Shown: positions 26,561 through 39,619, counted from the stretch's first letter. The stretch is 64,000 nt of DNA from Basidiobolus meristosporus CBS 931.73 (GCA_002104905.1 MCFE01000044.1:124001-188000); one strand, 5' to 3'. A program made the numbers and translations. Notes: a model not told the origin generated them from the letters alone.

Positions 26561-27604
26561 CTACTTTCTGATCAAACGTAAGAACTCCTCACGTGTCTTG
26601 GGATCATTCTTAAACACTCCGAGCATCGAGCTGGTCACTGTGGAGCTGGATGGCTTCTGGACTCCACGCATCACCATACACAGATGACTGGTAAACGAGA
26701 CAAGGTTAGTGGTTGGTGGATGGAAACAAACCCGCCAGTTCCCGAGATGAAGCTAACCTGCACTCGATGACCACAGCGACACCTTGGGGTTTCAGAATTT
26801 CCTGAAGGCATGTGGCGATTTGTTTGGTCAAGCGTTCTTGCACTTGAAGACGCCGGCTGAACATTTCTGCGATGCGCGCCAACTTGCTCAAGCCAAGGAC
26901 TTTGCGGTTAGGAATATATCCGATGTGCACCTAGAGCGGTGTTGTTAGAGCCGATCGCAGAGGAGAATACGTGGAGGTTTTTGGGAGTACCTTTCCGGTG
27001 AAGGGAACCATGTGGTGCTCACACAGGGAAAATATGTCAATATCACGAACTATAACCATCTCTTCGTGATCTAGAAAACGTTCAAGCAATCAATATCAAC
27101 CCTGAATCTCTATTGTTCAACACTCCCGTCGGTACCTTCGTCGAACACTGCTTCGTTAACCAGGTCTACGATGAAAATTTATCAGCTTTCCAACAACCCT
27201 CTGTATCAAGTCCAAGCGTATCTTACCGCGAATGTTTTGTTCATATCCCTGTGAAAAGAACATAAGGGCTTTCGCATATCGTTCAGGTGTTTTGATAAGA
27301 CCCTCTCTATCAGCGTCCTCCCCGATGCACTCCAAAATGGTCTTTACCGCACCGGCGATTTTCTGGATTCTAGCCTCTTTTTGGTCCTCTGATTCTTCGA
27401 GGCGAGCCTTGGTTCCGAGACCTATTATTTTGGCGGGTTACTTCGCGGGAGGCGAGCACAAATCTGCACTAAAGTGGACTTACTGGGGTAACTCAAGCCG
27501 TCCATGTCGATAGGAGAGTCCACTCTTTGAATAGGCGAGGAGACTCTGCTTAGCGCAGGCGAAACGGCAGCTCCGTTCAACTTTTTTTCGTTCTGTAAAG
27601 ACAT
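26561..27604 (-). CDS. FOL2: GTP cyclohydrolase I
   Basis: IDMDGLSYP; [19 protein letters not shown]; [12 protein letters not shown]; [38 protein letters not shown]; [11 protein letters not shown]. Confidence 0.96.
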
Positions 27605-28099
27605 TCGGTTAAAGGGGATACAGGTTAACTTATATTTGAAAATTTTGGAAACCAAGCATGTGGGTCTCACCTTCATATACTAGGAAAAAAATCATGGTAA
27701 ATTCTTGCTACCCAACATATTATCAATTCCTAAGCGTGGTGTCCCAAGCCAATCACCTCAAGACGAACCAGCCTCGCTCAGAAAGAGTACTGAGCCTGAT
27801 CGTGAGAATTAATGCCACTCCGACCAATCACTCAGTAGTTCACACTACCATTCTGCTGAAACGAATGTATCAAGATCCATTTCATCAGTTTGAATCATTG
27901 AGGAATGAAATGATTTCAGAATGGAACAAATGTTCGCGAATATCTGGTCCCGGAAATCGGAGGCTCCCATTGAGGATTTATTGGTGGGGTTTATTATGCG
28001 CAAAGTGATGGAGCGAGAATCATGAAAATTTTTATATCGATACTGGTGTGCTCGAGTTGGACTTATAATTTGTAATTGCTACTATTTCAGTGCTTAGCA

Positions 28100-28820
28100 A
28101 TGTTGAGCTATACAAGTTCTCAAGTTTTGACGGTCGTCAGAAGAGCCGCTACTATCAACGCCGCACTTCCGGCTACTAGCATTCGCTCATGTAAATATCC
28201 TCTTTTGTGAATCCGTAGGCTGCACATATTAATCCACATTTACAGTTGCCACAGCTAAGAAGGAATTGCCATGGAGCCGTGATCCCTCGAAGGAATATCC
28301 TCTCAGAAAGAGCTTCTTGCACGCCGAATATTTGAAGCGTTTGGAGGCACCAGTTATCGTTGTCTTGCAGCACAACAACTTGACCGTGCCTGAATTTATT
28401 GAAGCTCGCTCTCAATTGAAGAAGGCTGGAGTCAAGCTTCAGACCATGAGAACCGGTATTCTTCGTGTTGCTATCAAGAAGACTCGCTACGAGAACCTCA
28501 CTCCTTTGTTGTACGGACCCGTATGCTTCGCTTATACCGAGGGAGCCGAGGCACCCAACGCCATCACTGCTATCCTAGAAGTTGCCAATAAGAACAAGAA
28601 GTTGAACGTTCTTGGCGGAAAGGTCGAGAACTCTCTTGCCAACATCGAGGATTTGGCATTGATCTCTAAGCTTCCTTCATTGGATCAATTGCGCTCCGAG
28701 TTGCTCGGAACTCTCGATCATCCTGGTCGCACTATTCATAACATGCTCAATAGACATCCACAATCGCTACTCCAAGCACTTAGCCAACACGAGAAGAACC
28801 TTTCAGGAGAGTCTTCTTAG
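28100..28820 (+). CDS. MRPL11: Mitochondrial ribosomal protein uL10m
   Basis: Basic/hydroxylated presequence; VIVVLQHNNL..EF..ARSQLKKAG; L.PLLYGPVCFA; LGGKVE..L..SKLPSLDQLRSELLGTL. Confidence 0.8.
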
Positions 28821-29006
28821 GAAGTCTGCATTATTTATAGTTCCATGTTCTAGCTAACTCATTCCTATCTCTCATCTTTCCATTCCAATAAAATCATCGC
28901 ATTATATAGAGAGAATCCATGCTCAATGAACACGACGTACAATGGGTGGCTGTTTATTACGGTCAATATTTACAGGGCATTCGAAGCCCGCCACAATCCC
29001 AAGGAA

Positions 29007-29943
29007 TTAGGGGAGTGTCATGCTAAAGTTATTTCTACCAGGTCCATCATTGACGAGATTCTTGCGGTGAAATTTCTCCTGGATCGTCTTGGCGGGCTTG
29101 CCGAGTCTGAACAAATAGTAGGCCAGCTTTTTAGCAAAGTGGCAAGACACCTGCTGAAACCCGAGATTCGCCATAAATTCCTGCAAGTACTCGTGGTTCA
29201 GATAACGGGAGTTGGTCACGCATGGGAGTGGCACCACAAAGAAAAGGTACCCGGAGGGTAGGAGGAAGTCTCTGGTTTTGGCGATCATAATACCTGTTTG
29301 GATGTAAGCATAGGATATGCAGAAATATTGGAATAGCCGATCGAATCGAGCGACTTATTTACCTCGCTTCAGAGGATCTCCGACAAAGTTGACTACCAAT
29401 GAGAGACATACTATGTTAAACCGATTCGAGTCCTTGTTGGGGGCTTCCATCTCAAGAAAATCTTGTTTGATGATGTTAGAGTCTCTAGGGTTCAGGTCTA
29501 TGGACGTAGTTTTGATCCAGGCTGACTGTTTCTTGTAGTTCTCACTAGATAGCGCTCCGATATCAAGTAAGGTGATATTTGTCTAGGGGAAGATTAGCCG
29601 CTACTCCTCTACTCAATCCACACATGTCGCGTACCTTTACTTCGTCTGGAATGCCGATCTTCGCGAGCTCCTGTACTAGCCATTTGCTGGTATCTCCGCC
29701 TCTAGTCTTACTAGCTCCCAAAACAGAGGCTCGTTGGTATAATTCAAGACCACCCAATTTCTCCATCTCATTTTTAAGCTCGGATATTTTGTCAGGATCC
29801 GAAGTTTTCTCTACTTCTTTGTTTAGTACATGATAGCGTCGGATAATTTGTGCCGTCTTTTTCTTGAAGGCGGCTGGCTTAGCCTTAAGTAGGGAAGTGT
29901 CCTCGAAAGTAACTGGCTTCTTTCGTTTAGTAGCACGCGGCAT
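29007..29943 (-). CDS. BMT2: 25S rRNA (adenine-N1) methyltransferase Bmt2
   Basis: IIRRYHVLNK; LGGLELYQRAS; RGGDTSKWL; LLDIGAL; IDLNP..QDFL; CLSLVVNFVGDP.KRG; LFFVVPLPCVTNSRY. Confidence 0.88.
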
Positions 29944-30217
29944 GACAATTACGTGAAAGGGCTAAAACTAGGGATTTCCCGTGGATATTATGGCAAGAAA
30001 AAAATCGCTCCTGGAGATTAGAAAAAAATGATCCAGAGGATCAATGTATGCTCAGGTGATCACTGACTCCTGCGTGACTGTCCTTGTAGTCGAGACAGTC
30101 ACTCCCCTTGACCTTGGTTAATATCTGATATATTTGACAAATAATCCTTCCACATTTCCACTGACTCTTTAAAAAGCGCCAACCAGGTTGATATTGTTGA
30201 GAGTTTATGCTTCTGAG

Positions 30218-31618
30218 ATGTCTACCGCTTCATCCACAGCCATTCCTTTCCAAGATCTAACCTCACCCTGTCTTCGAAAGCTGCTCCGCTACGTCGAAAA
30301 GGACTTTGGCGTACTATACAACTGCACTAAAGTAAACAAGAACTGGTGCACACAGTCAACAGAAGTTTTGTACAGTAATCCGTGGAGCTTTTTTAACAAC
30401 CTCAAGCTAGGCTCCAAAGAGCAAGTTAGGGCTATGCAATTACTACGCACTTTAGCCAACAGTTTAGAGCCTTCTACTCTAGAAGCAGAGCTAGCCAACC
30501 TAAAAACAGGGGAGAAAACCATGTTCCGGTACTATGCATTCGTTAGGGCAGTGGATCTTTACCAGCTTCACCTTTGCTTATGGCTGGAGTTTCGGAATAA
30601 CATTCTGTTCGAGGAAACCGGGAAGATTCTATGGCAGACATTTCGCGAAAGCATCAGTCCTAACCTCAAGAAACTCATCTGCGGTGGGGCTGTTCCGTAT
30701 AATGAGATTTTCCCACAGGGAGTTACCTATCCACGCCTTACTCACTTAGAAGTGAAGGTTTTCAACTTTGGAAAGCCGCTGAATTCATCCCATTGTCGCC
30801 TCATTGCCGACTGTTGTGGTAACCTCACTACTTTCCGATTCTCTCACGGGAACAGGGCCCATGGGATGCCGTTGGAGTTCACAGAATGGGACATCGCCAG
30901 TATTATTCGTGCACAGAAACCAAACAGTTTGAAAACTTTCTGCCTGCAGGGCTTGCGATACATCAGACTTCACCTGATCATCGAGGCATTGATTGAACGT
31001 CACAGCGAAAGCTTGACCCATCTCACTCTTGATAATTGTATCTCGCTAGGGTCACGAGACTTCCGATCCATAGCTCCTCTGAAGCAGTTACAATCATTGA
31101 GCCTGCCCTGGTGTGTTCAAGTAGACAATGAGGTGATCATGTATTTAACAGAGGCAATCCCATCGATCACCGAGGTCAACCTCTCCGGAACGCTGGTGAC
31201 GGATTTGGGAGTCAGCAGCCTGATCGAAACATTAGGCGAGAGTCTTCATGGGCTGAATGTAAGCTACCTCTATTCGCTGAACGCCGACACGATCTTTCCT
31301 GTGTTAGCACGCCACGCTTGTAATCTAACGCACCTGTCATTGGAGAGCGTTCGATACAGCTATGAGACCATCTGGAAGTTTGTATCCTTCTGTCCTGACC
31401 TTGAGTTGCTTATTCTGGGTATCCCACAAAGAACGAGCATAGGAGCGCTTGACACTGTCATTAGGTTACTCAACAGCTACCCAAAGCTCCAGTACCTTGA
31501 CATGGTCAACTCCACTGTGCCACAACATGCGGCCGACTCCTTTGGAGCCTATCCGAATCTGAGGAAGGTGAGGATCTCCATTGACGGGTTTCGTCAAGAG
31601 CTGGTCTTACGGGAATGA
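30218..31618 (+). CDS. F-box-like / leucine-rich repeat (RNI-like) protein, intronless
   Basis: N-terminal LTSPCLRKLLRYV..LYNCTKVNKNWC..LYSNPW resembles the F-box type of early-diverging fungi; LRR units LTHLTLDNC, LQSLSLPWC, ITEVNLSGT, LTHLSLE. Confidence 0.75.
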   Translation: MSTASSTAIPFQDLTSPCLRKLLRYVEKDFGVLYNCTKVNKNWCTQSTEVLYSNPWSFFNNLKLGSKEQVRAMQLLRTLANSLEPSTLEAELANLKTGEKTMFRYYAFVRAVDLYQLHLCLWLEFRNNILFEETGKILWQTFRESISPNLKKLICGGAVPYNEIFPQGVTYPRLTHLEVKVFNFGKPLNSSHCRLIADCCGNLTTFRFSHGNRAHGMPLEFTEWDIASIIRAQKPNSLKTFCLQGLRYIRLHLIIEALIERHSESLTHLTLDNCISLGSRDFRSIAPLKQLQSLSLPWCVQVDNEVIMYLTEAIPSITEVNLSGTLVTDLGVSSLIETLGESLHGLNVSYLYSLNADTIFPVLARHACNLTHLSLESVRYSYETIWKFVSFCPDLELLILGIPQRTSIGALDTVIRLLNSYPKLQYLDMVNSTVPQHAADSFGAYPNLRKVRISIDGFRQELVLRE

Positions 31619-31742
31619 CTTCCCCTCGATTTACCCCATCCCACTCCGATGAACCCAATCACCAATAAATATCACGAGGCGCAGAAAGTCTATTTATTAA
31701 AGCGGACGGGGAATAACAAGATATAAGGAGATTGCTAGTCTA

Positions 31743-32027
31743 TCACGTGAATTTAATGGTCCTAACGAACTTGGCTGGATGGAACTCCATGCGTGGGTTC
31801 TTAGCATCAATCTTCCCCAATGGCTTCTTGCATCGCTCATCCGAGAAAATCTCAAATCTGATGTGATCTGGATCGTTAGTGTAAGCAGAGATGATTGGGA
31901 AGTCAACTTTGTAGCAGTCTCCGTTTTTCGCCTCAAAGGTGGCTATGCCGATATTCTCGATGTCAAGCACAGCGTCGCATTGGATGTGTCCAAGTACTGA
32001 TAGGGTGAAGAGGATCAGGGGAAGCAT
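31743..32027 (-). CDS. Small secreted protein (94 aa, two Cys in the mature part)
   Basis: ATG start; signal-peptide-like MLPLILFTLSVLGHIQC; GDCY..FEIFSDERC; intronless. Confidence 0.6.
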   Translation of the reverse strand: MLPLILFTLSVLGHIQCDAVLDIENIGIATFEAKNGDCYKVDFPIISAYTNDPDHIRFEIFSDERCKKPLGKIDAKNPRMEFHPAKFVRTIKFT

Positions 32028-33230
32028 TCCGAATATGGTGAGGCTTGTCGTGGCAAGTGCTTGTACTTTATAATGGCCGCACTCGCCGCCAACTCTGGAG
32101 CACCCCGCGTTTCAAGCGGTGTTTTTGCACTGCTGATCAGGTGATGGATGGCAGTGGCCATCTATGGTAGGTGCATCTTTTCAACAACGACTTGAGCTGT
32201 GGTGGACGATCTGTGTTTGATTCAGTGTATGAAATGTCATCAAGTGTCTGTCAAACATGGCCCAATCCCTGATTCGACGTATGGTTGATACCCAAGCCTT
32301 GATCTCGTGCGAATCTGTATGACATTGTAGTCACTCATCAGACTGATTCACCAGAAATTAGCAGGGTTTTGATGTGTGCATTGGGTGTGAGTTGTAGTTG
32401 GTTTATTTGGAACCGCAGATTGAGCATTCAATTTGAATCAAACATGCTTATTAATGTTCATCCATAGGGAGGCGTCCATTCCTGTTTCTCTGTGGATATT
32501 GTGCCAATAAGCAACCCACTATGCCATTTCACACATCAGTCCAGCTAGATGCTTAAGTCTGCATTTATACTGATCTGAGAGATCCGCTTCGATCGTATTA
32601 CCTAATCAGTCCATGTTTAGGCAAGGGATGGGGTCGCCCCCTGTAGGGCTCCCGATGCGATCCCTATTATCTGCTTCCTCGTGTGGGAGCGATGAGATAA
32701 GAACCGGGTATTCTAACGTCACTTAAAGTGGTTGTAATCCTTACACTTGGTAATTCCTAAACTAAGCCGTTTAATATAGCATATTTGCCCTTCTTTCTCG
32801 GTTCTAAAGTGCCCAAGCTTACGATTTTTCAACAACGATTTTTGTACCCCAAAGTAGTTTCCGAAGTTCCTTTCCACCCTTTTCTTCCGTTTGAAGATCC
32901 ATTGTCGAGAGAAGAATTCAACCACTAAACTCGCCCGAAAGACCTCTGGGATCGAAACCATACGGCGGTAACGACCGGGTTATTTTAACCTTCGTCTCCA
33001 GCTAATAAATGCTAAATCAAGCGCTCTGTTGCTTCATAGGAATGTCCACTTCTCAAACTATTTCATACAATAAGCGAGCAAGTTTCGAGTTTCAAGATTC
33101 TCCTTTTCCCCAGAAAGGGATCTCGGGCAAACTTCACTCTTCAGATATGTCCAGGCAAACAGGTTGGTATCTCTGGGCTAGTGTCGGCTGATTTTCTTGT
33201 TCACTAAGTGAAAACCTACTTATAGTACCC

Positions 33231-34582
33231 ATGGAAAAGAGTTGTAAACCCGACTTTGCTTCACCGTCAATCTTATCGGTATCAAACTTGTTATCTCCCC
33301 TCCCAGCTACCAACCAACAATCGCCCAGCCAATTTGCCAATCCAAGCTCAAAACTCGACCTTGAGCCTAACCCGTTCGAACAAAGCTTCGGTACTGCCAC
33401 CACAGAAGGGACCGGTGCTACCGACACTGGAGCGGTCACACCTAAGAGTATCCTCCCACCTATCTCTAGTATAGATAGCCCACAGCCTCTTCGAGATTCA
33501 TTCCCCTGGGGCGAACAGTCCCTCCGATCAGGGCCTTTGTCGCCTTCAATGCTTGTAAGACCTCAAAACCAAAAAGGACTGTCTCGATCCACCGCCTTTA
33601 GTCCTTTCGGTTCACAACCCTCCCCTATGACTGCTGCACTGTTAGGAGCCGCAGGCCAGGTCACCACGAACTTTCTCAACAATCTACCAAATCATTCCCT
33701 TCAGCTCAAAGTGAGCGACATGAGTCCTTCGTTGAATCTCAAACGAGCTAGCCAAGCATCTGCCAAACCCAATACCTCATCCAACATACCAACTTCTGGC
33801 CAACCCACGCCAGCGTTCCAACCAACTAATTCATCCGCCCAAATCAACCTCAGTACTGCTGGCCAGGCTGACCTCAAGGGTCACGAGAACCAAGCAACCG
33901 CGCGGCTGACCAAAACTCTTCCACCGAAATCCCGAAAAAGCAAAACAAAGAGCCCTAGCCCGTCGGATCGGAGAAAGAGTACGGTTAGCTTGGTATCTAC
34001 CGAAGGAAATGGCGATTCGGATGGGGAGAAAGAGGAGTTGGAGCACGATGGTAAGCACAAGAAGATCAAGAACGATGATCCAGAAGAGAAGCGCAAGAAC
34101 TTCTTGGAAAGAAATCGGCAGGGTAGGTGTTGTGGAAATAGAGTTCTTTAAAAAGTGGGAAAAACTGATGTGTTTACCTGATAGCGGCGTTGAAATGTCG
34201 ACAGCGCAAGAAGCAGTGGTTGAACAATTTGCAAGGACAAGTGGAGTACTATACTCAGGAGAATGAACAGTTACAGAATCAGGCCGCCGCCTTACGCGAG
34301 GAAATCATTAACTTGAAAACCCTTCTGATTGCACACAAGGATTGTCCAGTGGCCCAGAGCAACGGTGTAGGATTGGATCTTGGAGCCTTGACGAGCACAG
34401 GACCAGCCGGGAATTCATCCAGGATCAACCCGGCAATGAGTATCCCACTGATGCAAAGTAATATGAATCAAACGATCGCCCGATCTCTGGGTGGAGCACC
34501 GGGGATTTCAAGCATGCACAATCATCAGATGCATCCCAGCGCCTCCAATCCCAACCTCAACCCAAACATGATGCGGTTTTAG
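33231..34582 (+). CDS. atf1: ATF/CREB bZIP transcription factor (Atf1/AtfA-like), one intron
   Basis: KLDLEPNPFEQSF and GPLSPSML N-terminal motifs; bZIP EEKRKNFLERNRQ-AALKCRQRKKQWL..L; LLIAHKDCP. Confidence 0.9.
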
Positions 34583-34874
34583 AAGCGTCTAGGCCACTGG
34601 GTAGAAACGAAAACAATAACAATGTTTGTCGTTGCTGTTGTAGATAATGGTTTCGTGCAAAAACCACCTCGCGTTTGACGCGTGTACTTTTTCCCTTGTG
34701 TTCGTTCTTCGATGTATTCATCTTTCATTTTTGCTTAGGCACTTTGAAAAGGGATTGATATAAATAAGCATTCCTCCGATGTACGGAGCGTTCGGTTTAT
34801 TTTAGTTGGTGTACAAGCCGCTAGTGCCAGTGTGAATAGTTCATTAGCCTGCCGGAACTGGGGGGATGCCGGAT

Positions 34875-36382
34875 TTAGCTGTTGGCCTTGGCGTTCTCCA
34901 CTAGCCCCTTGAGCTCGGAGGATTCCGATAGCTTTTTCAATAAATTGTATATCAATGGGATGAAGTTGTGTCTTCTCCTAGCGTTCTCTTTCTGTGGGCA
35001 TAGAGGTTGAGGATCAGCAGGCGCTTACCATGATGGAAGCATGTGGTGCTAATAGATTACCTTCCAGCGATGAAGCTTCTCTTCCTCATATGAGAGCTCA
35101 TGCTGAAGCATGGCTTTTTGATTTTGAAGCTCCTGGATGCTTTCCTCGAGCTCCTTGGAGGGCCCCTTGAATCAAAGGTTAATCGCAGGTACGGATTGAG
35201 CGTTGGGTTGATGCCATACCTCGGCTTGCATCTTTTCCATGGCCTCTATCTTCGTGTCGAGCTCGCAGATATCCTGATAGTAGAGATCGACCGGATCCTT
35301 GGTAACCGCCATCAAGTTGAATCGAATCTCGGAGGAGGCATAGCTGGAGTTGAGTCGGTCATTAGTTTGGAAAATGGCAGCCTCCATGGTCAGTCTTACT
35401 TACGTCGCCATGCGATCCTGAATGATGGGACGAATCTTTTGCAACCAATCTGCGTCCGTGCATGGGCCTAATCATGCAAAAGTGAGTGATCGTGCAGCTT
35501 GTACTATCCAAACTCATGTACGTACCCAAGTTGATAGGATTAGGCTTTAACCCGTCTAACTCGTAAAGGGTACCATTGATAGGCATGTAAGTGATGAAAT
35601 GAAATACGTCATCCTTCTCGGTGGCCGGTAGGGGCGTCTCGTTTTCAAAAGGATCGTATCTAAACTCCATGTTAGGTACTCAACCATGCTACCTCCTATA
35701 TCGGATCAACCAACTAACCTGGCAAAGCTATTATGAACCGTACGAATGGTATCACTATTGGAGATGGCTAATCCTCTCATCTAGTAGGGCTCGTTAACAA
35801 CACTGTAAGTGAAATTGTATCCATAGGGAAGCAACCTACTTCCGGTGAGAAATCCCCAGCAAAGCTTTTGAAGTTCGTGAGTTCACTGCCCAAGTCAATG
35901 TCCTTCGCGTTTAAAAGGATAGAAAGAATCGCTTGTGTGGCACATGCATTATTGATCACCTAGACAGGCTTGGGTTCAGTATCAATGAGGTTGGTGATGA
36001 GGCTCACGAGATATATCGACCTGGTGCGCAAAAAAAACCCCATCGTCGTTATCGTGGTCGCTGGTGGCGTGCTCCTGAGTAGGGTTGCCTCCACTTTGCC
36101 ATTTGAAAAGAAAAACTAGTCCATATACATGTCTTAAAAAGCGATTAATATTCTACTTGCAAGGCGGTGTTTTTGTAAGCTATGAGGAATTACTTTAGTT
36201 GACTCAAGGTCTCGTCATCCAAACTCCACACCTCCTCAACGCGAATCCCCTTCGCCCCCATGTTCGAGATAAGCTCTGTGAACACGCCTAGAGTGGAAAT
36301 GAGTAGGACATCCACAGTGCTACTTAAAAGTTGGGGTAATACCTGGATCACTCTCTATTAAACACCATGAACCGTCTGCCAT
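34875..36382 (-). CDS. UCH37: Ubiquitin C-terminal hydrolase UCH37/UCHL5
   Basis: [14 protein letters not shown]; [10 protein letters not shown]; [15 protein letters not shown]; [19 protein letters not shown]; IRFNLMAV; [12 protein letters not shown]. Confidence 0.94.
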
Positions 36383-36641
36383 AATGGATATAGGTTTGGA
36401 AGATTCAATATATGAAGCCACATAGGTATCAATTTATTGCTAGTAATTATACTATTTACACATAGGAATGTGACGTAACAATGGTAGGTGGATTCGCTCG
36501 CAGCATTCATAAGTTGTGCAAACAGAAAAAAAAGTTTACCTTGAAAACCATTTCCGCCAGGTCATGTGACCAGACACCAGATTTTTGAAGCAGACAAATA
36601 CTAGTGACATGAAATCAGTTCGTACTTCGTACACATACACG

Positions 36642-39368
36642 ATGCTTGCTGTTGCGGATCCTGCGATGACAACCGAGCCTGCAGCAGGGGTGAACGGGAT
36701 CGAAACAGAAGATTCAAACTCCCAACCTGAGGTTGCGGTAATCTACCCCCCTCCCGATGTTCGAAGTATCCTTTTTGTTCAGTCACTTGAGAAAGAGCAG
36801 CTTGTTTATGAGTGCTCCGTGCAGATTGGATTTTTTGGCGGCAAAAGAAGCCCGTTTTCTGAACTGATTATGGTCAATTCACCCTTCCAGTGGTATCCTT
36901 AACCCATCCTTTACTTTGTTTACAGCCGTCGTCGATAAAGCTGCGTCATTTGTGGCTCGTAATGGTATCCAGTTTGAGGAGCGCATTAGAGAGAGATCAA
37001 GGACTGAACCAAAATTTTGTTTCTTAAATCCCAATGATCCTTATCACGCGTATTATCAACTAAAGATCAAAGAGTTCAAGGAAGGAACAGGTAAGGATTG
37101 CTGCTGATCACAGCTTGGTACATTGATATACGCCTGTACCTAACCAGCTATAGAACACACGGACTAACCCCTCTTCATAGCTCCCGCGCAACCTGTAGTT
37201 AAGGTAGAGCAGGAAACGACTATCGTCGAGCCAGCTCCCAAGATCGTACCAAAAGAGCCGGCACCATTTGAATTCATTTGTGAGATGCCAGCTATTTCGG
37301 CTCAAGATCTGTAAGTTAGCATCTGTATACCTAGTCACCGATCCGAAAACTTTGATCCTCATACTCACGTGAATCCGGCTAGGGACATTCTGAAGTTAAC
37401 CGCGCAGTTTGTCGCACGTAACGGTCGCCAGTTTATGAATTCATTGGCCCAAAGAGAACAGCGCAATTATCAATTCGATTTCTTGAGGCCAAACCATAGT
37501 CTTTTCAATTACTTCACCAAGCTGGTGGAGCAATACACGAGAGTCTTGCTGCCACCTAAGGACTTGAATAGCAGACTCAAAGAGAACGCCGAGAACAAGT
37601 ATCAGGTATATTTCAATGTTAAGCCCGTGGCGCCTATATCGAGTTACTTAGCATCAATCGGATCGATTAGGTCATTGATCGAGTTATGGAGCGCGTGGAG
37701 TATGTTACTTACATGGAGGCTGAGAAGAAAAAGGCGGAAGATGAGGAGGAGCAGGAAAGACGTAAGTATACACAGTAGGGCCAGTTTGTTGAGAAGCGTC
37801 TGGAAACTAACAAGGTTGCTGTTTTCAGTCGCCTACGCTACCATCGATTGGCATGACTTTGTTATTGTGGAGACGGTGGAGTTCTTAGAGGCTGACGAAA
37901 CCATGGAGCTTCCACCACCCATGAGCTTGACAGAGCTCGAAAGTATGTCTCTGGCTCAAAAGAAAATGGCATCGATGTTTGGTCCGGAATCGACTGTGGA
38001 GGACAAGAGTGGGGATGTGGATATGGATGTAAGCGCTGTTGCTTTATTCTGGCGAATGACCTGCACCTGTGCTTAACTATATTAATACTGAATTGTTTAG
38101 ATGGATGATGATGTCGACATGGAAGACGATGATGGGCCAATTGTGGAGGTCAAACCTCCGGATGCCACCGGCCCCATCAAGATTCGTAAAGATTATGTTC
38201 CCAAAGCACTTGCCGGCAGAGCACCTTCATCTTCAGAGCCAACTCAAATCTGTCCACGCTGTAACCAGGCGATCCCTGTGTCAGAGATGGATGAGCACGT
38301 TCGTATTGAACTTCTCGATCCTAAGTGGAAGGAACAAAAAGAGGCCGCAGAGGCTAAGAAGAAGGATAGCAACTTGTTGCAAGAAGGAACCGACGTGGCT
38401 AAATACCTTCAGAACTTTGCCGATTTCCGTTCGGATGTGTTCGGTAGCGAGGAAGTTGGAATCGGCCAGAAGGTTGGTGAGGATGCTGCCAGGCAGAGGC
38501 AGGAGGAGAAGAGTAAAGTCATTTGGGATGGTCATTCTACATCCATCAATATTGCCACACAGCGAGCACAAGCAGGCTCATCCTTCGAGGAACAGATTGC
38601 AAATATCCATAGAAGCAAGGGTCTCATCGGAGAGACTGAACATGGCTTTGGCCCACAGCACCCCAACCAGCCTGGAGTTGCTCAGCACCCTCCCGTCGCA
38701 TATCCTTACGGACAACCACCCATGCCAGCTGCGCCTGGCGGCGTACCACCTGTTCCTGGTGCTCGGCCCATGTATCCTGGATACCCTTATTCTCAGCCTA
38801 TACCAGGGTATCCTGGTATGCCGCCACCAATGGGCATGTATCCTGGACCAGGGTTCCCACCTAATGGCCCCGGAGTCCCACCGCCTCCACCAATGGCCGG
38901 TTACGGCCAGCCAGGTGATGAAGAGTATGCTGAAGGACCAGATAGCAAGAAGTTCAAGACCGAAACCTCCCTATTTGTATCTGCAGACGAGTGGTTGAGC
39001 ACACATCCGGTAGAGTATTCAGCGTAGCAGCTTTACAGCAGCCACTTGACTGACCTCATTTTGTGAATACATAGGGACCTGCCACGCTCTACATTCAAAC
39101 CCCGGCCGTGCCAGATAAGCCAGAGTGGAAGCTGAATGGGGAAACGCTCACACTGGAAGGGCTGGAGCTAAGCTCTCTGGTGTCGGAGCTGAAGCAGAGA
39201 GTAGCCGATCTTCTTGGAATGCCATCTGGGCGACAGAAGATCACCACTCCCCCGGGCAAAACGACCAGCAACATCCCAATGAAGAATCAACTTTCCTTAG
39301 CTTACTACAATATTCAAAATGGAGATACATTGATATTAGGAATGAAGGAACGAGGTGGAAGGAAGTAG
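36642..39368 (+). CDS. SF3A1: Splicing factor 3A subunit 1 (Prp21)
   Basis: Two SURP domains (IYPPPDVR.VVDKAASFVARNG; DILKLTAQFVARNG); YATIDWHDFVIVETVEF; CPRCNQAIP..EMDEHVRIELLDPKW; C-terminal ubiquitin-like domain. Confidence 0.95.
36766..36925 (+). other. U12-type (minor spliceosome) GT-AG intron, first intron of SF3A1
   Basis: Donor GTATCCTTTT; branch TCCTTAAC at 36896-36903; acceptor TACAG. Splicing restores PPDVR-T-VVDKAAS. Confidence 0.85.
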
Positions 39369-39619
39369 ATCGTTCAATGGAATCCAAATGAATTTGTCTA
39401 CTTGTATAAAATAATCAATGATCATATTAGTATAAAATTCAATAAAACTCCATGAAAATGGACTCGTTTTCTGATGGTGTGAGCTTACTCACCCATCCCT
39501 TTCTGATTGAAACCATGGTTCCCGTTGCTTCGCGAAGTTTATGGAACGAAAGGGCTGGGGCTTTATTGACTGAGTCAACGACGTGGTGATCAAAATCTGT
39601 GCGGGCCGAAGAAGTGTGG

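Noticed and set aside
38069-38998. 309-aa plus-strand ORF overlapping SF3A1 in another frame
   Set aside because: Alternative frame of the SF3A1 exon; the 38101-39027 frame carries the conserved motifs.
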